From an archaeon (lineage in GTDB: Archaea > Iainarchaeota > Iainarchaeia > Iainarchaeales > JAAZKV01): a DNA stretch of 27,281 bases. The notes below the pieces were generated by a model that ran no database searches, was not told where the DNA came from, and saw nothing but the letters and a program-made list of their open reading frames with translations. Shown here piece by piece: positions 18,491-24,772 of this stretch. The position numbers and the translations under genes were made by a program. The stretch spans positions 1 to 27,281 of the forward strand of contig JAVHOV010000040.1 of the NCBI GenBank assembly GCA_036170245.1, written 5' to 3'. Positions within the stretch are counted from its first letter, which is position 1, and the number at the start of each line of letters is the position of its first letter.

Positions 18491-19645
18491 TTACTTCATC
18501 TTCTTAAAAACATGTACGCAAGCTGTTGCTCCGCTTCCGCCAACGTTATAAGTGACTCCAATTTGTGCATTTGGCACTTGTCTTTTGTTTCCTTCTCCCC
18601 TTAATTGGGTTACTGCTTCTACTGCTTGTTTTATTCCTGTTGCTGCTACGGGGTGTCCGCATGCTTTTAGTCCGCCCGAAGTGTTTATTGGGTGCTTGCC
18701 GTCAAAGTAAGTTTGCTTTGTTTTGTATAGTTCGCCGGCTTGTCCTCTTTTTGCAAACCCTAATGCTTCTACTGCGTATATTTCTGCAATTGAGAAACAG
18801 TCATGCACTTCAGCAAAGTTAACATCTTTGACAGTGATTCCTGCTTGTTTGTATGCTGATTCTGTTGCAAGTCTTCCTGCTTTTAATTCTAAAAGTGATT
18901 CTCTTCGAGCAAGTGAGAGAGTGTCTGTTGCTAGACCCGAAGCTGTGATGTAAACTTCACTGTTCATTTTTTTTGCAATTTTTTCATTTGCAATTATTAT
19001 TGATGCTGCTCCGTCTGTGATTGGAGAACAGTCAAATAGAGTCAAGGGATCAGCAACCATTGTTGCATTCATCACAGTATCAACTGTTATTTCGTTTTGG
19101 AATTGTGCGTAAGAGTTTCTTGCTCCGTGATAGTGATTCTTTACTGATACTTCTGCAAGCACTTCTCTAGTTAATCCAAATTCTTTCATGTAAGCATTTG
19201 CAAGGAGAGCATAAAGTCCAGGGAAAGTTAATCCGTTGAATCCTTCAAGTTCTTCGTCTCCAGCCCCCATTAGTGCTGTTGTAATTTGTTCTGTTGAAAC
19301 ATCAGTCATTTTTTCTACACCATTTACCATTACGATATCTGCTGCACCGCTTTCGATTGCGTGTATTCCTTGTCTTAGTGCGAGCGATCCGCTTGCGCAT
19401 GCTCCTTCTACTCGAACTGAAGGGATATTTAAGTTCAAATTTTCTGTGCTCATTGCACCAACTTGTAATTGCCCGCTTGCAATTCCGCCAATCATGTTTC
19501 CTGTATACATTGCATCAATTTGTTTAGCATCTATCTTTGAATCATTAAGTGCTCTAAGCTGTGAGTCAAGTAAGAGATCACGTAAACCCTGATCCCATCT
19601 TTCACCGAATTTTGTGATTCCAATTCCTAAAACTCCAATTTTCAT
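18491..19645 (-). CDS. acetoacetyl-CoA thiolase (archaeal type)
   Basis: RVEGACASG catalytic Cys, GVEKM, KNH, DCSPITDGAA, EVHDCF, GHPVAATG, NVGG; GAGGTG SD. Confidence 0.94.
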   Translation of the reverse strand: MKIGVLGIGITKFGERWDQGLRDLLLDSQLRALNDSKIDAKQIDAMYTGNMIGGIASGQLQVGAMSTENLNLNIPSVRVEGACASGSLALRQGIHAIESGAADIVMVNGVEKMTDVSTEQITTALMGAGDEELEGFNGLTFPGLYALLANAYMKEFGLTREVLAEVSVKNHYHGARNSYAQFQNEITVDTVMNATMVADPLTLFDCSPITDGAASIIIANEKIAKKMNSEVYITASGLATDTLSLARRESLLELKAGRLATESAYKQAGITVKDVNFAEVHDCFSIAEIYAVEALGFAKRGQAGELYKTKQTYFDGKHPINTSGGLKACGHPVAATGIKQAVEAVTQLRGEGNKRQVPNAQIGVTYNVGGSGATACVHVFKKMK

Positions 19646-19752
19646 AAAAGCACCTCTGTTCTATTGAGCGAAGCGAAAATAAAACTTTCGCGAGCCTTAA
19701 CAAGGCTCTCACCGAATTTTGTAATTCCTATTCCTAAAACTCCGATTTTCAT
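19642..19752 (-). repeat. duplicated thiolase 5' end fused to a multi-hairpin element (36-aa mini-ORF)
   Basis: 19709-19752 matches 19602-19645 at 41/44 nt; hairpins 19668-19708; ORF MKIGVLGIGITKFGESLVKARESFIFASLNRTEVLL* ends in ATGA overlap with the thiolase start. Confidence 0.8.
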
Positions 19753-19766
19753 TTTGATCCCTCAAT

Positions 19767-20627
19767 TTATTCCTTTAATTTAAATGCTTTGAAAACTACT
19801 TCAGCGTGTTTTGCATCAGTTTCTAATTTAACTAATTTTCCGTTTTTCATTTTTAACCAAATTATTTTTTTGCCTGCTAATGGAGATGCTACAATTCTTT
19901 TTGATTTAACTTCGTCTGATTTTATTATTTCTTCCTTTGAAATTGTTGAAGAACCAGTCCCTGTTCTTGAAAATACTTTTATTTCATCATTTCCCCGTAC
20001 TGCAAGAGTTATATTTTTTGGGGGAGATAATCCTGATCTTTTAACTCTTGAACTGACTTGCGCTTCTTCAAACTTTGGAGATCCCATTGCTAAAATTAAT
20101 TTCAAATCTAATTTTTGTGCCATTACATTCTTTGCAGATCTTGCTTCAGCAAGTGAGGGAATTAAATTTTCTGGATTAAATATCATTCCTGCTAGAGTTG
20201 ATTTGTCTATCATTGATCCTGAATATGATGAAACAAATAAATTTCCTTTTTTATCTACTAATAAATAAGGATAATCTTTTGCAAGGGTAGCAACTGCTTT
20301 TCTCATTTTTGGGTTTCTTGCTATTTCTGCTGAAAGGGCATATCCTAGGGCATCAAGTCTTGCTCTTAAGCTGCTTCCTTTGATTTCCTTGATTCCACCG
20401 CTTCTCATTTTTTTATAATCTGATCTCCACCTAAATCCTAAGAAAGTAAAGAGTACTCCAGGAACCTTGTGAATTTTAAAATTCTTAATCATACTTTTTG
20501 TTCTTTCTTTAAGTACATCTGTATATGCTCTTCTTACAAGCCCTTTTCTGAACTTTGCATATTCCTTTTGTGCATCAGCAACTGAAGCAGGAATTGTAAT
20601 CTTTGAACTCAATTTTATTTTAGCCAT
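19767..20627 (-). CDS. hypothetical Lys/Arg-rich protein inserted between HMG-CoA synthase and thiolase
   Basis: 286-aa ORF, AAGGA SD, co-oriented, no recognisable motif. Confidence 0.75.
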   Translation of the reverse strand: MAKIKLSSKITIPASVADAQKEYAKFRKGLVRRAYTDVLKERTKSMIKNFKIHKVPGVLFTFLGFRWRSDYKKMRSGGIKEIKGSSLRARLDALGYALSAEIARNPKMRKAVATLAKDYPYLLVDKKGNLFVSSYSGSMIDKSTLAGMIFNPENLIPSLAEARSAKNVMAQKLDLKLILAMGSPKFEEAQVSSRVKRSGLSPPKNITLAVRGNDEIKVFSRTGTGSSTISKEEIIKSDEVKSKRIVASPLAGKKIIWLKMKNGKLVKLETDAKHAEVVFKAFKLKE

Positions 20628-20649
20628 TGTTGATTTCCTTTTTCTTTTT

Positions 20650-21687
20650 TTAGTGTATCTGCTCCATACTCTTTACATATCGCATGTAAGTTATGTACTG
20701 TTTTCTTGCAATGTAATCATTCACTTTTCTTGCTTTGTTTTGAGCGACAGTAATTTTGTCTGTTACTGTAAACACAAATGAATCAGAACCTGATCCAGAT
20801 CCGTATGAAGTTACTAAAATTTTGTCATTTGGTTTTGCAATGTCAAGTACACTTGCAAGTCCCAAGATTGATGAACCTGAGTAAGTGTTTCCGATTTTTG
20901 TTACAACTAAACCAGGGAGAAGTTGTTCTTTTGTTACTCCAAATTGTTTTGCAACTCTAAGAGGAAATTTTCCGTTCGGCATGTGAAAGACCACATATTG
21001 AAAATCGCTAATCTTCATTTTTGTTTTTTCAAGCATTCTTGTTGTTGCTCCAACTACATGTTTAAAGTACGCTGGTTCTCCAGTGAATCTTCCTGCGTGT
21101 GATGGATAAGGCTGAAGTGCTCTTCTCCAAAAGTCAGGAGTATCTGTTGTAAATGAACAAGTGTCATTTAGTATTGCAACTGACTCATCATTACTTCCAA
21201 TAATAAAAGCAGCTCCGCCTGCTGCTGCGCTGTATTCAAGTGCGTTTCCGGGCTCTGCTTGTGAAGTATCTGCTCCAATGCTTAAACCATATTTAATCAT
21301 TTTTGAGTCAACGAGTCCAGCATTAATTTGTATTGTTGCACTCCCTGCTTTACATGCAAACTGTGTATCAACTGCTGTGTAATTATTTCCAATGTCAAGT
21401 GCTTCTCCTACTATTGAAGAAGTTGGTTTTACTGCGTAGGGGTGTGATTCACTTCCAACATAAACTGCGCCAATTTCTTTTCTGTTGATTTCTGCTCTGG
21501 CTAATGCATCTCGCGCGGCATGAACTGCTATTGTTGCACAATCTTCATCTTTTCCCGGAACTGATTTTTCGATTAATCCAAGTCCATCTTTAATAGCTTG
21601 AGCATCCCCATCTTGGGCTTTAGCAATTTCTTCAGCAGTTATTCTATATTTTGGGATATAACTTCCCCATCCAACTATTCCAGCCAT
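20650..21687 (-). CDS. hmgB: hydroxymethylglutaryl-CoA synthase (archaeal type)
   Basis: GSESHPYAVKP, FACKAG catalytic Cys, DTPDFWRR, RFTGEPAYFKH, FHMPN, IGNTYSG, SYGSGSGSD. Confidence 0.95.
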   Translation of the reverse strand: MAGIVGWGSYIPKYRITAEEIAKAQDGDAQAIKDGLGLIEKSVPGKDEDCATIAVHAARDALARAEINRKEIGAVYVGSESHPYAVKPTSSIVGEALDIGNNYTAVDTQFACKAGSATIQINAGLVDSKMIKYGLSIGADTSQAEPGNALEYSAAAGGAAFIIGSNDESVAILNDTCSFTTDTPDFWRRALQPYPSHAGRFTGEPAYFKHVVGATTRMLEKTKMKISDFQYVVFHMPNGKFPLRVAKQFGVTKEQLLPGLVVTKIGNTYSGSSILGLASVLDIAKPNDKILVTSYGSGSGSDSFVFTVTDKITVAQNKARKVNDYIARKQYITYMRYVKSMEQIH

Positions 21688-21824
21688 AATCTCGTCCCTT
21701 TACATTACTTATTCATCTGTTAAATAAAAACCTGACCCCCTGGTTATTCTCTTCTTAAGGGGGGTGTATACCAATTCCTTCTTACATTGAACTTTAAAAA
21801 CCTATGCAATTAGACGAAGTTTGA

Positions 21825-21840
21825 TACGTCAATTGCCGTA
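21825..21840. promoter_or_regulatory. putative palindromic operator upstream of the HMG-CoA synthase operon
   Basis: TACGTCAATTGCCGTA (7 of 8 pairs); TTTTTAAA TATA-like box on minus strand at 21793-21800. Confidence 0.6.
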
Positions 21841-21891
21841 GCTATATTTAATGACATTTTTGAATAAAAAATAAAAAATAAAAGAGTAAAA

Positions 21892-23175
21892 TTAATTTTT
21901 TACTCTTAATTGTTTAATTATTTCTTCAGCACTCTGCTGATTGATTGTTTTTGCTAAAATCATTTTTTGTGCAACTAAATCAATCTCACTGTCTTTTGCT
22001 CCAGCTTGTGCAGCAAGTGATTTGGCATGTAGCTTCATGTGCCCTGCCTGTATTCCTGTTGTAGCAAGTGCGCGAAGTGCTGCAAAGTTTTGTGCTAAGC
22101 CCACACTTACTCCAATTCTTGCTAGCTCTGAGGAAGTTTTTATTCCTAAAATTTTTAGTGAAAGCTGAGCCATTGGATTTGACTTCATTGTTCCCCCAAT
22201 TGTTGCTAACACCATTGGCATCTCTATTTCTCCAACCAAATCTCCTTTCTCGTTTTTATAATATTTTGTAAGTGAACGGTATTCATGTTCGTATGCTGCA
22301 AATGAATGTGCCCCTGCTTCTACTCCTCGAAAATCGTTTCCTGTAGCAATTGCAACAGCATCTACCCCATTCATTATTCCTTTGTTGTGAGTTGCACTTC
22401 GAAAAGGAGTTGCTACTGCAAATTCATAAGCATCTAGTATTCTTTCAATTATTTCTTCTCCTTTAAAGTTTCCTTCTACACTCTTTTCCAAAATTTCTTT
22501 TGTCCAAACAGCTTTTGCTCGTGCTTTTCTGTGTATTGCAAGGTTTGAAATTATTCTCAATCGAACTTGTCCGCCTGAAAGAGTCTCAATTATTGGAGAA
22601 ATTTTTTCAGTCATTGTGTTGATTGCATTAGCGCCCACTGCATCTCTTACATCAACTAATAATTGAAGAGAAATCATGTCTCCTCGTGAAGTCTTTAGCA
22701 CTTCTCCTTTCAAGTCTCTTGGTCCGCCGCCGAATTTCACTAAAATCGGATCAATTTTTTCTATTTCAGCAAATAATTCTTTTTTCTTGGATAAAATTTT
22801 TATTAATGAATCAGTTGCATTTTCGCAATTGAGTATTTGTATTAACCCAATCATTATTGGCTCATCAGCACTTGTAGTAAACCCACTTGAAAGTTTTGCA
22901 GCGTTTGATGCTGCCGCTACTACACTTGGTTCTTCCAAAGCAAATGGAATAATATAATTTTTGCCGTCAATCACAAAATTTGTTGCAAGACCGTATGCAA
23001 GAGGCATTGTACCTATCACATTTTCTATCATTCTATCAGCAACTGAGAAGGGTAAGGGCCCTTCTTTTGTAAGAGTGTTTTTTTCTTCAGGAGTTAAATT
23101 GAATTCTTTAGCAACTATGTCTTGTCGCTCTTTTACACTTTTTTTATAAAACCCTTTAAATGCTTCTGTGTCCAT
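21892..23175 (-). CDS. mvaA: HMG-CoA reductase, class II
   Basis: ENVIG, EEPSVVAAAS, DAVGANAIN, THNKGIMNG.DAV..ATGND.R..EAGAH, GIQAGHMKLH; ATG 23175 behind AGGAG SD. Confidence 0.93.
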   Translation of the reverse strand: MDTEAFKGFYKKSVKERQDIVAKEFNLTPEEKNTLTKEGPLPFSVADRMIENVIGTMPLAYGLATNFVIDGKNYIIPFALEEPSVVAAASNAAKLSSGFTTSADEPIMIGLIQILNCENATDSLIKILSKKKELFAEIEKIDPILVKFGGGPRDLKGEVLKTSRGDMISLQLLVDVRDAVGANAINTMTEKISPIIETLSGGQVRLRIISNLAIHRKARAKAVWTKEILEKSVEGNFKGEEIIERILDAYEFAVATPFRSATHNKGIMNGVDAVAIATGNDFRGVEAGAHSFAAYEHEYRSLTKYYKNEKGDLVGEIEMPMVLATIGGTMKSNPMAQLSLKILGIKTSSELARIGVSVGLAQNFAALRALATTGIQAGHMKLHAKSLAAQAGAKDSEIDLVAQKMILAKTINQQSAEEIIKQLRVKN

Positions 23176-23250
23176 CAAATTCAACTCCTTTTTGTGCTAA
23201 AAATAATTTTTTAATTAATTAAATTATAAAATCATTAAACTGATTCAATT

Positions 23251-24597
23251 TTAAATATCTTTATTTGACACATCAATCTTTTTAATGATTTTTGGATTAT
23301 CATCAATGTTTTGTATTCCCATTTCTTCATTTGCAATTCTTTTGTCTAAATATTTTATTATTGACTGCGCAGTTTTCCTTCCTGCATCAATTGCGTGTAT
23401 TACTGTTTTTGGACCGTGTACACAATCCCCTGCAGCAAATACATTGTTTATTGTTGTTTGTAAATTTTCGTTTACTTCAATGCAACCGTTTTTTCCTGTT
23501 CTTATTGGAGTCTTTAGCGAGTCTTCATCATGTTCTTGACCTATTGCACAAATTACTTTTGTGCATTCTATTTTTCCCAAAATGTGGTTTGTGTACATAG
23601 CTGCTTCTACTTTTTCAGCTCCGAGTATTTCTTTTATTTTTGCTTCAAAAATAAATTTTACTCCTTCTTCCTTTGCTTCTTCATAATCTTTTAATGAAAC
23701 ACTTTTGAAAGCTTCTTTTTCACTTGCAATTGTAATGCATGTAACGTCTCCGCCTAACCTTATTGCACTTCTTGCGGCGTCAATTCCAACGTAACCTGCT
23801 CCAACTACTAAAACTTTTTCATCTTTTGCAATCATTGGAATATTTGACTGATTAATATTGATTAAAAATTTCATTGCACTCATAACACCTTTTAGTGAAG
23901 AGCCTGGCACATCAAGGAGTCTAGGTTTTCCTACTCCTGTCCCTATGAATACTGCGTCAAATTTTTTTGAAATACTTTCTAATCCTTCTTCATCTATTTT
24001 TGCGTTTGGTTCAAAATCAATTCCTAGTGAGTGTAAGCCTGCTAGTTCCTTTGAAACTACTTCTTTTGGAAGTCTAAATTCAGGAACTCCATATTTTATT
24101 ACTCCACCAAAAGCGTTTGTTCCTTCAAGTATTGTAACGTGCATTCCAATTTGTGATAAGTAAGCTGCAACTGCAAGGCCGCTTGGCCCTGAACCAATTA
24201 CTGCAATATTTCTTCCCACTAAGTTTTGTCTTGGTGGGTATGGAGCATTATCTCCAATGAATCTTTCAAGTCCTCCAATACACACTGGGCCGTTTGGAGT
24301 CTTTCCTAAAATACAATTTCCTTCACACTGCTTTTCTTGTTGGCAAATTCTTCCGCAAATACTAGGAAAAAAATTTTTCTCTCTGATAGTAGAAACAGCT
24401 TTTACTATATCTCCCTCTCTAAACGCTTTAATGAACCCTGGAATATTTACTCCTGCAGGGCATCCTTTAACGCACGCGGGTTCTTTGCATTGCAGGCACC
24501 TATTTGCCTCAAGAACAGCCTGTTCGACAGTGAAACCCACTTCAACTTCTTTGAAAGTAGTTTTTCTCTCATCTATGGCAAGCATTGGCACATTCAT
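23251..24597 (-). CDS. GltD/SudA/NfnB-like FeS flavoprotein oxidoreductase
   Basis: EANRCLQC...CVKGCP, ICGRIC....QCEGNC, IGSGPSG, YGVPEFRLP, FAAGD...GPKTVIHAI..GR. Confidence 0.88.
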   Translation of the reverse strand: MNVPMLAIDERKTTFKEVEVGFTVEQAVLEANRCLQCKEPACVKGCPAGVNIPGFIKAFREGDIVKAVSTIREKNFFPSICGRICQQEKQCEGNCILGKTPNGPVCIGGLERFIGDNAPYPPRQNLVGRNIAVIGSGPSGLAVAAYLSQIGMHVTILEGTNAFGGVIKYGVPEFRLPKEVVSKELAGLHSLGIDFEPNAKIDEEGLESISKKFDAVFIGTGVGKPRLLDVPGSSLKGVMSAMKFLININQSNIPMIAKDEKVLVVGAGYVGIDAARSAIRLGGDVTCITIASEKEAFKSVSLKDYEEAKEEGVKFIFEAKIKEILGAEKVEAAMYTNHILGKIECTKVICAIGQEHDEDSLKTPIRTGKNGCIEVNENLQTTINNVFAAGDCVHGPKTVIHAIDAGRKTAQSIIKYLDKRIANEEMGIQNIDDNPKIIKKIDVSNKDI

Positions 24598-24708
24598 TTT
24601 CTTTACACCAGGTACTTTTACTAAAAATTACTGACTTTTACCCACTAAAAGGCAAATTTAATTTGTGAAGGAACCCCTATAAAAATGTATCTAAAAAGCG
24701 AAACACTA

Positions 24709-24724
24709 TACGACAATTGACGTT
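24709..24724. promoter_or_regulatory. putative palindromic operator upstream of the GltD/SudA-like gene
   Basis: TACGACAATTGACGTT; TTTTTATA TATA-like box on minus strand at 24678-24685. Confidence 0.6.
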
Positions 24725-24772
24725 CAAATGATTTTTTTTTAAATGATTTTTAAAGAATGCAAATAAACATCA

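Noticed and set aside
19602..19752. Diversity-generating retroelement TR/VR pair
   Set aside because: Only 44 bp, mismatches are synonymous and not consistently adenine-derived from one copy, it lies at a 5' end, and no reverse transcriptase is in the window
18491..23175. Catabolic mevalonate use (class II HMGR run in reverse to acetate and ATP)
   Set aside because: No HMG-CoA lyase in the window; HMG-CoA synthase and the full lower pathway indicate biosynthesis
23251..24597. Bona fide glutamate synthase
   Set aside because: No large subunit nearby; GltD-like proteins in archaea are commonly Sud/Nfn-type oxidoreductases
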